From: Chrysomallon squamiferum
Lineage: Eukaryota; Animalia; Mollusca
Reading direction: 5' to 3'
Length of the DNA: 64,000 bases
NCBI GenBank assembly: GCA_012295275.1
Contig: CM022672.1
Location: 24,924,001 to 24,988,000 of the forward strand
Shown: in pieces, positions 25,125 through 39,791 of the stretch
How the letters are laid out: each line of letters opens with the position of its first letter
How positions within the stretch are numbered: the stretch's first letter is position 1
The notes under the pieces: model-generated
Databases searched by the model: none
What the model was told of the DNA's origin: nothing
What the model saw: only the letters and a program-made list of their open reading frames with translations
Translations under genes and position numbers: made by a program

Positions 25125-27642
25125 CTGAAATCGGAAACTGCCGAGTACCGAATGCCATCGTTGGGTTTTCGACAATTTTTTTTTTTTTTTTTTTTTTCAT
25201 TCACTATTTCAGCATATTATGACATCTATTTTGAGACGAAAACTGAAATACTTTTGGACTGGAACTTAACACACGTGTAACCCACATGTAGAAATATGTA
25301 CGATAAATTTAAAAGTACATGGCACACAGTGATAAGTATACATACATACATACATACATACATACATACATTTAGGCACACACACATATATATGAACATA
25401 TTCAAATATACATATAGATACATAAATATCACCATTCATACGCAATTACAAATATGTATAGATATATACAGAAGTACGTATGTACACACACACACATACA
25501 CAGACATTAAAATTTATCAAACTGGAGCATCTATTAAAACGTGTAGAAGAAATAATTTGTAATACTTCGTTATTTGAAAGAAGACACTGATTTGATTTTT
25601 GTGTCTTTCTTGTAAAATACATTCCACATTTGGATTGGTTACCCATTCCGAACAAGTTCATTCCACCAGTTCATTCTTCGCGTTATTTTGTAAACATAAT
25701 TTACACTGCCTTTCTTGTGCCCTTTCTAAAGCTTTAAGTCTTTTTTTTATTTTTGTTTGAGAAAATTTTATTCAAACTTTTTTGTATGATAAGTCTTTAT
25801 CATTTGTCTTCAGTTAAAAAAATAAAATAAATAACCACAAAGCAACACCAAAGTTACAACAATAGCTTAATTTACAAACATGTTTTTTCCTAAGAATATT
25901 ATTTGTCATTTTGGTTTTAGTGATTTTTAAAATACAGAGTTCTCAGAGGGTAATGTAACAGGTATTTTCAAACACTATTGATAATAGATGAAATTACCAC
26001 GAACAATGAAAACAGTTCGTTTTAGTGTAAAATTATCTATCTTTTAAAGAGAGTATTTATACAGTGTAAAATAACGATATATTATAAACAGTTGGTTCAG
26101 TGTAAAATGACAGTGTGTTTTAAAACGCGTTTGTACAGAATAAAATTGTGTATTTTGAAAAAACCCTATATAAAATGAATGTTATGAACAATGCCGGTAC
26201 ACGATAACATAACGTTGTGATATAAAAATTATCTTTTAAATACAGTTCTTGCTATGTAAAAATACGAGTTTAAAATCAGAATCTACGACTTTCAAAATAC
26301 AAATAAAACTACATCAGATGTAATAAACGGTAAGGAAAAATTAATAATTTTCTTACTTTAAAAATTTTAAAATAAAAATAATAATTTAAAAACCATTTTT
26401 TTTTTTAAAATTTTTTAATTATTAGTACAGTTCCGTTTCCAACAAATATAGGTGATAATTAATTAATTTATTCTCATTTGCCATAAACAAATAAACATCA
26501 GTAATCAAAGACTGGTGACTCAATGGTGACAAGGCCGCTGAGGACAACAACGTTACTAGTTTATTTCCCTCGCCGCTCGCGTACAGCGAAGTGATTGAAA
26601 AATCAATTGTTTGCTAACACTGTACGTGTTAAAATCATTTCATAGTTTACAACTATTTTTTATTTATTATTTCATTTTTTTTTTTTGTTTGTTGTTTTTC
26701 CAGTTGTTTTATTCTGTCACCAGGGATCTCAGTTTGCAGAGTTGATATGTTCTGTTATTACACTTCCCGATAATGAGTCCTATCTATGAGTTCTTCGAGT
26801 ACGCCTGAATACTTCCGTCAGGGGAGATTATTGCGGAATTCACAGAACATTGAACAATATTTTTTTATCTTATTTATTTATTTATTTGTTTGTTTGTTTG
26901 TTTTTTTTTTTGTTTGTTTGTTTGTTTGTTTGTTTTATTTAATTTTATGTTATGATATTTTATGGTTTTACTTTTTAAAATTTATATAATTACTAGTGAT
27001 TTTTTTTTCTTTTATGTGCTTGTTTATTTGTTTGAAAATGATTATTTTATTATATTATATTATTTTTTTTTTTTTTTTTTTTTATTATTATTCATTTTAT
27101 CTGAATCACCATTAATTTTACATCATTATATCTGTGAGAAGATCTGTTTTGTTGTTTTATGGTGATTTCTAGATTATTTTTTACTTCAGTCTTTAATATT
27201 TAAAACGAATCAAAATTTGTTTGAAATATGTATATATAACCATGTTTGGTTTTATTTATTTTGTTATTATTCTTTTATTATTACATTTTTTTATGTTGCT
27301 GATGCTGTTGTTTGACATAATACGTAAGTAAACGAGCCATCTCTTTACAGCAGTCACGTGACAGACTGCTGAATTCCTCACTGGCCATAATTCTATTATC
27401 GCTGCGGTGCCTGGCATTTTTTCTGCTCTCAGGTAATGTGTACAATGGGAGGGTCAGCGTGGTACAAGAATTTTGGAAACTCTTTCAGCTGTCCAAGCAA
27501 CATTGTCCTCCGTAATTCGATCCCTGCTCGCCTATCTGTGTTGTGAAGAGTCATACCAGAAACAAAGACCAAACAACGCCACAAGAAATGTCATATTAGA
27601 AACGATGGTTTATCGTTAACGTTCTGTTTTGAAGACGGCACA

Positions 27643-27880
27643 AGACATCCAGTTTCAAATCAGCTATTACTACAGGGAATTTTAGTTAACAGAAATAAGA
27701 ATGTCTAGTTTCGAATCAAGCCTTTTTATAAGAAATTTCGGTGACCAGATGAAAGACTTTTTGCTGTTTTAAAATCAAGAAGTAATAACAGAGAATTTTA
27801 ACAAACAGAAGTAAGAATGTCCAGTTTCAAACCATGTATTATTAAAGAGAATTTTAGTCAGCAGATGATAGACATATTTG
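27643..27880. repeat. Degenerate ~56-bp tandem repeat, about 4 units
   Basis: Recurring AGA(C/A)...AGTTTCAAA...GAATTTTA...CAGA; units 1/3 and 2/4 are most alike. Confidence 0.65.
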
Positions 27881-28239
27881 TTTTGTTTGAAGACTGGTCG
27901 ACTTCAAAAAAATTATGAAAATCGCTTCAAGATAAATTATTATTTTTAATATATCTGGATAGATTGTGAGTTCTGAGATACGCTTTCTTCCCTGATTCAT
28001 CAAGTCAGTTATGTTTAACATTTTTTCTAACATCCTGGATTAGGCCTACTTTACATTTTTTAGATTTGCAATAAAATGTGTACACAAATCAGTTGGTTTC
28101 TGTTATGAAATAGATATTTACATAAATGTGTTAGTATCGAGTATACCAAACTGATAGCATAATACTAAAATAACACAGCACAAGTTATGAAGTTATGAAA
28201 ATTCTTCTTACGAATGTTTGTGTATATTAGTGTCTGTGT

Positions 28240-28285
<46 letters not shown>

Positions 28286-28399
28286 TTTGTGTGTGTGTAT
28301 GTGTGTATATATATATATATATATGTATGTATATTTGAATGCATGTCTGTCTATGTATTTAAATATGTATGTATTTTAGGATTTGAAGATTCTCTGTCT

Positions 28400-28577
28400 T
28401 ATGTGCGGTCTGATTAGACTCTGCACGTAGACAATATTTGGGAACACTCTGGTGCAGGAGGACAAAGTCCAGTCTCACTTCACAAACCTGTCAGATGCCG
28501 CTGACGAGACTCGAACGTATGACACCCATTCTCCCGCACTCCGACAGCGGACCACGTTACATTTCGGCCATCAAGAT
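28400..28577 (-). mobile_element. tRNA-derived SINE remnant
   Basis: Minus strand has A-box-like TGGCCGAAATG from 28570 and B-box GTTCGAGTC at 28516-28508 at Pol III spacing; no tRNA cloverleaf evident; flanked by microsatellites. Confidence 0.55.
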
Positions 28578-31500
28578 AATCGTATGTGTGTGTGTGTGTG
28601 TGTCCATATATCTACGTAAGTAATATTATTGATTTTGCAAAAGAAAAGTTTTAATCAAATCCAGAAAAAAAGAAACAAAGAAAAAAGAACAAATCAATGT
28701 CAGTAAGTACATTTCGTTCGGTCTGAGAAAATTAAATTATCTAGTTATTTAATTTTTTGTTAGTACGCATTCTTTTTTAAATATTAATTATTATTTATTA
28801 CTTTAAAGGGACTGTTTTAATGGCTTTGTTGTTGCTTTGTTTATTCCTTTTAGGATTATAATTTTATAAAAAAAATACTAAATTAGGAAATGAAAATAAA
28901 AAAGGATAAAACAAATAAAATAAAACAGAAAAAAAAAATTAAATAAAAAGACAAAAAAGTAACAAAAAAACAACAACAAACAAATAAAACCAGAACAAAC
29001 AGCAAAAAAAAAAAAAAAAAAATAAATATAATAAAACAGAAAAATAAATAAAAAGACATAAAAAAAAATTAATAATAAAACAAATAATGCAAATAAAAGC
29101 TGAACAAACAGCAAACGAACTCACACACAAAAATAAAATAAAAAAGAAAAAAAAAAACACAACAAATACAAATTATTTTTTTTAGAATTGTTTTCTTTTA
29201 AAATTATTTTATCTTTATTTATTTATTATAAAAAAACAAACAAACAAAAAAACCTCCAAAACCCAGTAATAAGGAAGAGATTTATGAAGATAAAAGAAAA
29301 GAAATCCTTTTATAAACGGAAACGTAACAATAAGAAAGACTATCACACCAAATCAAAACAGTTTTTATTTTTTTAAAATGTAAGGAAATGAAATTAAAAA
29401 TAGAATGAAATAAAATAAAGGAACAAAACAGTAGGAAAAGGAAAACAATAATCATAATATTAATAATGATGATGATGATGATGATAATAATAATAATTTT
29501 AATAATAATAATAATAATAAGAAGAAGAAGAAGAAGAAGAATGACATTGGTGAAAGTGGTAGTAACAGTGGAATGGCATGGTAGTAGTAGTAGTAGTAGT
29601 AGCAGCAGCAGCAGCAGCAGTAGCTGAAACTGTAAAAAAGAACAAAACTGAAAATATATTAGGAATCTCTTAAGTGAGTATCTTCCAAAAGACTGAGAAA
29701 GGCTATGTTTGATAAAGTCAGTCCAGATGAAAATATCTGCAACAGACGAATGAAATGCACGACTGGGGCTGGGAATCAAGACAGAAAGAGAAGCATTAGT
29801 CGGATAGTTAACATTGCTGTCGTATGCGTCGTTGCGTTTCCACGACTGACACACCGTTCCTATTACGCAGCTATAAACGATATCATTTGCGCTCGCTAAC
29901 CTCGTGCGTAGTCGAGTAATTTCATGCACGTGCAGAACGTCTGCAGAAATGTGGGCTGCTGGTGAACCGAACGCTTTTTTTGAATTGTTATCTAATTCTT
30001 TGAATAACAAATAATTATTAATAATCACTGACATTAATTAAATGCGGTGCAAGTCTATTAAAACATTTTTGTTCTTCATTTTCTTCAGTAGTTGCAATAG
30101 TAGTAAAAGTGGTAGTAGTAGAAGTGTAATAGTAACAGTAATATGAGTGGTTGCAGTAGAAGTAGTAATAGCTGTAGTAGTAGTAGTAGCAGCAGCAACA
30201 TTATTTGTTCTTGTTTTGTTGTTGTATGAATCGTAGTAATAACAGTAGAAACACTATTTATTTCTGTAACGTTTGTGTTAATTTTCGCACTTTATTAGTA
30301 AAATATAGAAGTTTATTAATAACTTTAAAGCCAGACAATGAAAACACGCTCAATTTCGGCTACAGATCAATCAAATGTAAAACTAATTTGAGATAATATC
30401 TTATCTTTTAATTTACGTCTGTCAATACATATATTTATACTCTCTTGATTTGAACCGCACTTTATTGTTTTTGTTTCATGGATGTTTGTTGTTGTTTTGT
30501 TGTTGTTGTTTTTTGTTGTTTCCGTGTTGCTGTTTTTTTAAATTTAATTTTTTGAATTTTTTATTTTTTATTTTATTTTATTTTTTATTTGTAGTTTTTT
30601 TAGAGAGAAAAATAAAATAAAATTAAAGTAGTTCTAATCTTTGATTAGATGATGTCATGTTGTGTGTACGTAATATATATATATATATATGCAGTTGTTT
30701 AAGTAAAAACATTTTCGGTATATCAAAATCACCAAATATTTAAATTAATTAATTAATTAATTATATAATCAAGTAATTAAGAAAATTTTCAAAATAAATG
30801 TAAAAACCCCAAAATACATGAATGTTAATCTGATTACTTACCAAGTATAACAATAATAATTAATTAATTGTTTAAATATTTTAAAATATAATAACTAATT
30901 TTCAGCCATTATGTAATATATAATTGATTAAATATTAAAAAATGAATTTAAATGACGTTGTTTTAGTGAATTGCGGCAGATGTTTGCGATATAATGATTG
31001 ATAAGAGGCAGTAATTAACTCAATCACTCGTTTTCTCTTCCCAGATTACATAAAAATCACTGAAGCTTACCCAATTATTACCGAACCTTTTAAAAGCCTG
31101 TGCACTCGAGTTTTTGCTTTTTCAATGCTCTAATGAAAGAAGTATTTGTAACAATGCTGTAATCTTTCTGCCATTTTAAAACTGATTACGAATAATTGGA
31201 AAGTTCTTGATACAAACACATCTTTTAATAATATAATATAATTACCATGCATAACTTTTCATTTCTTTTTTTTTTTTCTTCTTTTGGTTATTGTCGTTGC
31301 GATTTTTTGTGGTTTTTCCTTTCTTTTTTTTCTCTTTTTTTGCTACATGCTCAGATTAAAAGGGACGGAATAAGAGGAGAGCTTATATCTTATTCATTGA
31401 ACAAAAAAGAAATAATAATAATAATAATAATAATAAACAAATGTTGTAAGTCAGGATACTAACCATCTTTTGCTCCCTTCTCGATTCAACATTAGCATCA

Positions 31501-33505
31501 TTGCTCAGCTTATATTCAAGGTTACAGTAGACGCATAATGAAAGTTAACAGTCATACTTGTAGGAGACACGAACTTCTGTTTATTCAGGAACCTCTCCTT
31601 GTTGTCTGTCAGGTACCGTTTCTGGGTTGCATTCGCTTTAATACAGTCAATGGCTACAAAACAATGTAAGATAAAAACCCAGTCAGATTATATCGTGGAC
31701 AAATATTATTCCTGTATATTATTAATACTGAAATGATTTAACATAATTACATATTAAAATAACAACATGCTTTGTTGTGTTCTCCCAACCACAGCTAAGT
31801 AGTCTAATTAAAAACTGTTTTTTTTTTACTCTGTAAGAGTTATTGATTGTTAGATATAATTATCTTTCTACACAAAGAATTCTTGAGTATTTGGTAAGAA
31901 TGAACAAACCCGTACACGGTTTGGTAAGCGCTGGTTTTCGTTTAGAGTAACTTCAAAACGTAATGCACTGTAGATGCGTGCCAAAAAGATTAAATAAAAA
32001 TAAATTAAAAAATAAAAATAAATTGTTTTAAGTCAACCGAAGTCTGTTTCCAAAAATAACAGAACAATTACTGTGTACGCATAAATGTACTTTTGCACAA
32101 CGGTGTATGTATTTCTAATGTGTATTTTGTATGGGAGTATATATTAATTATTTATGGCTTATGTATGAATGTATGGATGCATGAATGCATGGTTATATGT
32201 ATGTATGTGTGTATGTATATGCGTACGTACGTATGTATGTGTGCATGTGTGTACGTATGTTTGTATGTATGTATGAATGTGTGTGTGTGTATGTGTGTGT
32301 GTGTGTCTGTCTGTGTGTCGACAAAGGAAATATATTCTTAAAACTGAAAGATTCAGATTGTTTTTAACTCTTTTTAATCTGTTTCTGGATGCCGCCAGAA
32401 CGCTGGTTCGGTCCGTCCGTTTAAGAAGATGACTGATTACTCTTCAATCTGAATCAAAAATTAATTTTGATCAGCTTCATACTCTTTCGATATTTTTCAT
32501 CTGACGTGGATCGATATCTATGCACTCTTGTTTTCTAATCTCCAAACATATCTGACGATCTCGCCTCGTCCTAACAGAACGACAGATGTGGATGAGCTGG
32601 CGAAATCCAATTAGCATAAACCACGTGGCCGTTTGTTTTCTGATTATAATCAGCAATATCTGCTAGTAGAGTGTTATTTCGATGTAACTAAGACCAAGGG
32701 GTGGGCATGTAGTTGCTTTCTAACTTGATGTTTGAAAATAACAACAACAGCAGCTACAACAATTACTACTACTACTGCTGCTGCTACTATTACTACTATT
32801 ACTACTATAACTTTTTATATTACAGGATGATGATGATGATGAAGGGAAGATGACAATGAATTTAGGGGACTGATTCTTTTCAGTTTCTCAAAAGCTGCAT
32901 GTTTATTAATGTTTTCGTCTAAATTGTGTTTTATTATTAGCTAACTTATACAGGCAGTTATTAACACACTGACACTCTAGCTTAAACGAGACACTCATAA
33001 AATCACTCGACCTTTGAGAAGACAAGTCTTCGAATTAAATTTTAATAATTTTTAACTGCTTTTATGTAATTTTATTCAGGCCTGTTTGCACAATAATATA
33101 ATGCCACAGTGAAAATTAATATTATAATGTAGATTTTGTCAGTTTGCTAATTATACAGTGGTCATAAAATGGTTATCATAACAATGACACATAGAATAGA
33201 ATGGAACTGCAGTGTTGAATTTAATAAAATAGAGTAAATTTGCACCGAGTATTCTCGGGCTGTCTTTCAGAACAGGTTTTCAATTCCGTTCTGTGTTGTT
33301 TGACCTCGAGTGAAAAGAAATGCATGTCACTCACAAGCATGATGATAAACGTGAGAGCATCAAGTTTAGTTCAGAGTCGGCCAGTCTCCGCTTGGGGACT
33401 GTTCAATATTGATGCATGATAGGTTTAATACATCAACGAAAGATAAAAAATAAATAAATAAATAAATAAAAAAAAACCAGAAGCCAGAAAGGGTATGTGT
33501 GTGTG

Positions 33506-33508
<3 letters not shown>

Positions 33509-33568
<60 letters not shown>
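33509..33568. repeat. (GA)n microsatellite
   Basis: Direct reading. Confidence 0.95.
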
Positions 33569-33571
<3 letters not shown>

Positions 33572-33764
33572 AAAGATCATGAGCGATGTAAAGAGATACA
33601 CCCATACATACATACATACATACATAGAGATAAATTTGAACAGATAGAGAGATGTGTATAAAGAGACAGAAATGTACGAGTTAGTAGTACATACAGATGC
33701 TACATAAAGAAACCTAAGACCTCTATCATAAAATCACCGACATCAGACATGTTTGAATCGACCT

Positions 33765-33830
33765 AAATAGTGACGTAACGGTCAGCTGATAAACACGTGA
33801 CAGCTTTCGGGGCGATGCACACCTGTTGAA
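33765..33830. promoter_or_regulatory. Motif-dense candidate enhancer
   Basis: TGACGTAA 33771, CAGCTG 33783, GATAA 33788, CACGTG 33794, TGACAG 33798 and CACCTG 33820 within 55 bp. Confidence 0.45.
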
Positions 33831-34246
33831 CTTAATATTAGCCCTCGGTGTTGAAATAAAAAATTTATTCATTCTAATTCTAATCTACGATCTAAAATTA
33901 AGATGATACTCATGGGTTTTTCTCTTCTTCAATTTTTTTTCTTTTTCAGGACTGGGTGCCCAAGTCAGATATCTAAATGTAATGTTTCCTAACAGCTTGT
34001 TTAAATTAGAACCCAACCAACCAAGAGTTCATTCTAATTATTTAAATGCTTTATTTGGCAGTTTTATAGCAAACAAACCAGCCTAATGTGAAGAAAGATA
34101 CGTACACAGTGCACTGACATATAACAACATCTTAAAAGTCTCGTAAAATAAACAAGATGAAAATCACTGATGTCGGTTTTTAGGTGCATGTCGCAATTAC
34201 TTGCGATCTCTATTATATATAATATTTATTTTGTTTTTATTTATTT

Positions 34247-34293
<47 letters not shown>

Positions 34294-35885
34294 TGGAATG
34301 GGAACCTACGTTGAAACAGTTTCATCAAAAGTGGAAGTCTGATCGCCACAGACACAGCAACATTATAAATTTCAAAAATGATATCTAAATAAAAACACGC
34401 CAGAAAGTGTCGTAAGGACCATATATTTATAAAATAACGTTATTAGAAGGACTTTGGTTTCAGTGAAATTGATTTAGTCGACTTTGAGGCATGGTATACC
34501 CCCAGAGTTTACGATTCTTCATCACATGTCTACGTGATACATGGGAGGCTTTTGTTTTGAAGCAAACCCGTACTGTGCTTGTTTTTATCTCCAGCTTCAT
34601 TTATTAGTATTTTTCAGTAAACAACTGGAGCTATCACTGTTTTCTCTGCCGCGGTACTGGATGCAATGTTTAATAAGCGACTGCTACATGTCAGAAATAT
34701 GGAGATGCATTCTGACCGAACATGCACTTACATCCAACAAATAACTATTGACATCACAGTGATAATTATTAATGAATATATAATGAACAATTCTGAAAAT
34801 AACATAGGGGTAAATATGTATGACTATATAGTGAACAACACTAAAATATACTTAAGGTTAAACTCTCTAGGTGTTTTTTTTTTATAGAGTTTTCTTCTTT
34901 TTTTTTGGAGGGTGGTTGTTGATTTTGTTGTTTATTTGTTTGATATGTCTCTCTCTGCCTCTCTTTCTCTGTCTCATTATCTTTATATGTCTTTGTTTTT
35001 CTCTCTTTCAGTACTCTTTTCTATTATTTATTTGTCCATCTCTCTCTTCTCTTTCTCTCTCTCTTCCAGTCTCCTTTCTCGTTCTCTCTCTCTTTCCAGT
35101 CTCCTTTCTGACTTCTCTCTTTCTTCTTCCTGATGATTCGCAGGATCAGTCTTCCTTGATGCGCTCATTGGTCTATTTCTCCATCCAGCTACCTACACAC
35201 GACTTATTTTAAACATCGAGTAAGCTTTCTTGTCCATTAATTATAGTTATTCTTTGGCAGTGTCAAGAAAAGTAATGAATAGAAAGACAAAAATGATTCC
35301 TATCATTTTTTTTTTATCATTGTACAAGCAACCTAATAAAACTTAGTATGTAATAAAATTAATATTATTTCTTTTCTTAAAAACTCAGTTACCATGATTA
35401 TATACTTTTATTTCAGTTAATAACAACATTGTTTACCGTCGCCATTGCAAGTACAAGTACCGAAATTCAGACAGCACGCGTAAACTGATATAGCGGATTT
35501 AATTCTTTAAAATTGGATAGGAAATGGATAACAGCGGGTGAGAATATTTAATATTTACACAATAGAAAGAACCACCATGTGTTCTGTTAAGGACGCGATA
35601 TTCCAAGATGGCTGTCAAAGCGAATTAGGACAGGATGTACACAGGACGCGGCAGACGTCTAAAATAGAGAGCATCTCGCCTTATTTCTGGCGTGTGGAAA
35701 CACGATATCTTCAACTGCAGGAGAGAGACATCGAGACGAGCCAAGCTGTGTCGTTGTTGTTGTTGTTGCTGTTATTATTACTATTATTAATATTATCATC
35801 ATCATCATCATTGTTACTATTATTGTTGTTATTCGTATTATTATTATTATTATTATTACTACTACTACTACTATAGTTATTATTA

Positions 35886-35928
<43 letters not shown>

Positions 35929-38900
35929 TTACTGTTGTTGTTTGTATTGTCATTTACTATAAGAGAGAAAGATTAACTTCAGAAGTACTGGAAAGAGACT
36001 GAGTAAAGTTTTAAAAATTACTCTTTAAATAATGGAACGATAACATTATATCGAAATGCAGATAATTTTAACAAAATTCAATACGTTAAGCTCAAAAAAA
36101 TATTAAACAGCCACCAATACAACAATAAATGAAATAGGCTTAAAACACTACCCGTCATCACCATAATAAGCTAACAAAAACACGAACATCTTCAGTGCCA
36201 TCATGCAATGTCTAAACGCCCTTATCGCTTTTCAGACAAATATTGCTCGGTCCCTTCTATTCGAAAATGGCTCGCTGATAAATTGCAGTACCAAGCGCCA
36301 ACAGACTATCGCCATTTCAATATCATGATGGACACTCGGATGATTAAATGGACCCAACGATGGGAAGTTTGGTGCATCGCCATTTATTTCCTCGGCTGTC
36401 AGACGATGTTTTCATCCGAGATTCCCTGCAAAGGCGCCGCTCGTCTGGCGCTCTGCAGCTCCTACAAGCGAGAATGATTGCAGTGGCTGTAATTGTTATA
36501 GCATAAATGGTCATAACTTCTCTGTAATGGCGTTTTCTTTTCGCGATGTGGAAAAATACATAATTCGACAATTTATCAAATCCTGTCGCAATAATGAATT
36601 GAGTAGATGATGTATTGTAAGAATATGAAGTTTAATTATTATTTTTATGCTTCCTTGTTTGTTTGTTTCTTTATTTATGTATTTTGCTTGATTCTTTATT
36701 ATTTTATATTATTTATTACTGATGTTGTTTTTCTACATTACTCTCTACCATTAATATAATGGTTAACTGCATCCATAGCCGTTTTAGTTTGCTTCTTCGT
36801 CTTCTTCTTTTCTTTTTCTTTTTCTTCCCAGTAAAGCAGAATTTAGACCAATAATTTCATTGATTAATTCTGCAGTATTTTGAAATATCCATAGATTCTT
36901 TTGTTTTCTTTTTATTTATCATTATTCGTCATAAAATTGAGAAAGATTTCTGTTTTTTAACAATCCTAATATAGTTTACTCAGATGAAATTTATCATTAT
37001 CAAAGTCATCATGTAATAATTGTCACCATTAACTAAAGAAACTATCATATTTCTGTGTGTCGGGAAACTGAAACAAAACGATTACAAGGCGAATTTTCGA
37101 TAATAGCTCTGCCAGAAATAATATTTTATGAAATTTCTCAGAATTATAATATTGCATTATCTATAATACATCTCTCTTAATACAAACGGAATCATTTTTT
37201 TTTTTTTTTTTACTAAAAAAGACAAAAAAGAGTTATCTGTTTCTATTCATTTGTGCTGAAGCAAAGATAATTACAGACAAAATGGCGGTTATTAAATTAG
37301 TTATAATAGTTCAGATTTTATTGCCGCATGTCTTTATATATAGAAATTAGCAATTAGCTCATTTTAGAAAAACAAAAAATTAGATGTATACCTACAAATT
37401 ATTTTTGTCAAGATCTCTATAAGTTTTATAAACTCACATACACAATTATAGATATAATGCAAATAAATACTAACGCATTCATACAAAAACACATAAGAGT
37501 GTTATTTTTTCAATAAATCAGCAGCAATGCTAATTTGTTCTTTCATTATCTTCATAATATCGGTAATTATAAGGAAGCAGAGGAAAGTGGAAGATTAAAG
37601 AACAATAAAAAAAATACTATAAAAAGAGAGAAAAGCGGAAATCAAAATTACATCAACAAAAAAATTAAGAATTTTCAGAAAGCGAAATGTATCGATGAAT
37701 AAAATGAAAATTTTATACAGACAGAAAAAAGGTTTTAAGATCATTATAAAAAATGTTACTTTTAAAATTGCTTTTAAACAGATTTTAAAAAAAAAAATCG
37801 TAAAAGCTTGTGAAATATTTTATTCAAATCGTTTAAAGCAACAAGCTACATTTTAAAATGTTCAAACTAAATCTTAACAGCTTTTCTTTCGAATACTGAA
37901 CAAGACATCACTTCCCGAAAACAGACGAAACAAACAAAAAAAATGTGTCGACTTCCTGAGAGCAAAATTCTTTCCTAGTGCATCAATATTTCAATAAAAC
38001 TCCTGCCCAAATATTCCCCATGCTGTTGAAGTAGTCTCTTAAGAGCCCTTGTGATCTTCCACTATTGATTCGCAATTGTGACTAATGAGCATGCTAATAG
38101 AAGGCGCCCTTGCCCAACGCTAAACAGTCTGGAGAACGGCAATTTGACGTCTTCAATTCGTTTGCTTTATTATCGATAATTTCAATAGAATATTTAGTTA
38201 AATTGCTACGCATGGTGTGTGTATATGTACATACATTCATATATATATAAGCGAGTGTGTGTGTCTAGTTTCCTTTGTTTACATCTTCTGTGTAAGATTT
38301 TGGAAATGCGTACACATATATAATGTAAAATTGCGCTTTTAATATTTTTTTTTACAATTCTTCTTTACCACATCTAATTAGCTTTTAGATATACAGGTCA
38401 CACCGTAATAAGTTAGTGTGACAGAAAAAAAAACTGTTTACATCTTCGCATTATAACCAATAGATTCTGAATCATATTTATCAGCTAACACAATCTGTAA
38501 TTCCTGGTTAATGTCACGACACAGCTTCTCATTAATCAGTTAAAACCTGTAGACATCAGTTTCAGTAATACTTTCTTTCACAGACCATGACAAGTACACC
38601 ACAGCTGTGTTTACATTCTGATCTATTTATATATGCATATTTGTCATCCTGTCCAACATAAAAATAAATTTAAAGTAATCTGTATTTTCATGTGTGTTTT
38701 TTTTTTTTTTTTTTTTTTCAATATGTCATAATGAAACTTTTCAAAACCGAACTCTCGCTAAACTGAAATTCTTCCAAAACCGAATGATTACTTCGGTCTC
38801 CTGGTTCATTGTATACTTAAACGTAGAAACCGAAGACCTTTCCGAATTAAACAGAATCCCGTCACTCTCCCGTTTTGAGAAATTTCAGTGCATATTCAGT

Positions 38901-39444
38901 ATATCATGATTTGTATGTTCAGAACAACCTGAACTTTCGATGGTTTACTAGTGCTTATATATTCTGGTTTCTATTTCTATATTTTTTTCTCAGCCCAATA
39001 AAATAAATATCATATCTTGATTTATATCCCAAACATCGAACTTCAATACCCTGCTAATAAAATTAGTTTATCCTGGTTTATTTCTCTGCAGCTCTCAATT
39101 TTTTTTTTTTTTATTAATGAGTATATTTTTCCTTCGTATCTCAACACTTTTCATAAACAGTCTAATAATATAACCCTTCCATCATGACGTAACTGAAATA
39201 TCCTGGTTTGTGTTCCTATACTGGCAAGTCCTAGTATAACCAATATATTTAAGCTTAAACTGAACCATCAAATTACATCTGCCTACTAACAAGGTTTAAC
39301 TGAGTGCTAAGTCTTTGACTGATGAAATAAAGAGTTTAATGCAAAACTGAATTTAAAGTTAAAAAATGCTTTTTTATTTAATAATTAATGGCGAGAGTTA
39401 GAAAAACAATTTACAAAAGAAAAAAAAACCCTAACTTAAAAGAA

Positions 39445-39479
<35 letters not shown>

Positions 39480-39728
39480 TCGTAAAGAAGAAAGCAAATA
39501 AATTAATAAAATAAATATTGATCTTTTTAGAATTATAAATTTATTTATTGTACGACAGAATTACTGTTCAGTTGGCGATGTTTTGTTTGATCTTCATGCT
39601 GCCTCTGATCGATACTTTGAAGAATCTGAATTTATTACATCTCTTGTACAACTCTCTCAACTGATTTCAGTTTATTTTTCTTGCAGGCAACTCCATTCTT
39701 CTATACCCTTCCGTTTTGTCTTTTCCGA

Positions 39729-39791
<63 letters not shown>

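Noticed and set aside
27380-27535. Possible minus-strand coding exon in the GC-rich island
   Set aside because: All three frames hit stops before a plausible donor.
28400-28577. Possible functional tRNA gene
   Set aside because: A and B boxes are present, but no acceptor or anticodon stems or T-run terminator are evident; a SINE remnant fits better.
29282-30034. 250-aa minus-strand ORF
   Set aside because: The second half is triplet-repeat poly-L/I and the first half has no recognisable domain or clear splice boundaries.
38694-38909. FQNR occurring twice in an ORF, suggesting a homeobox helix 3 (for example Lhx3/4)
   Set aside because: No Trp before FQNR and no basic tail (WFQNRRAK); it is a short local duplication. 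No LIM or homeodomain exon was found anywhere in the window.
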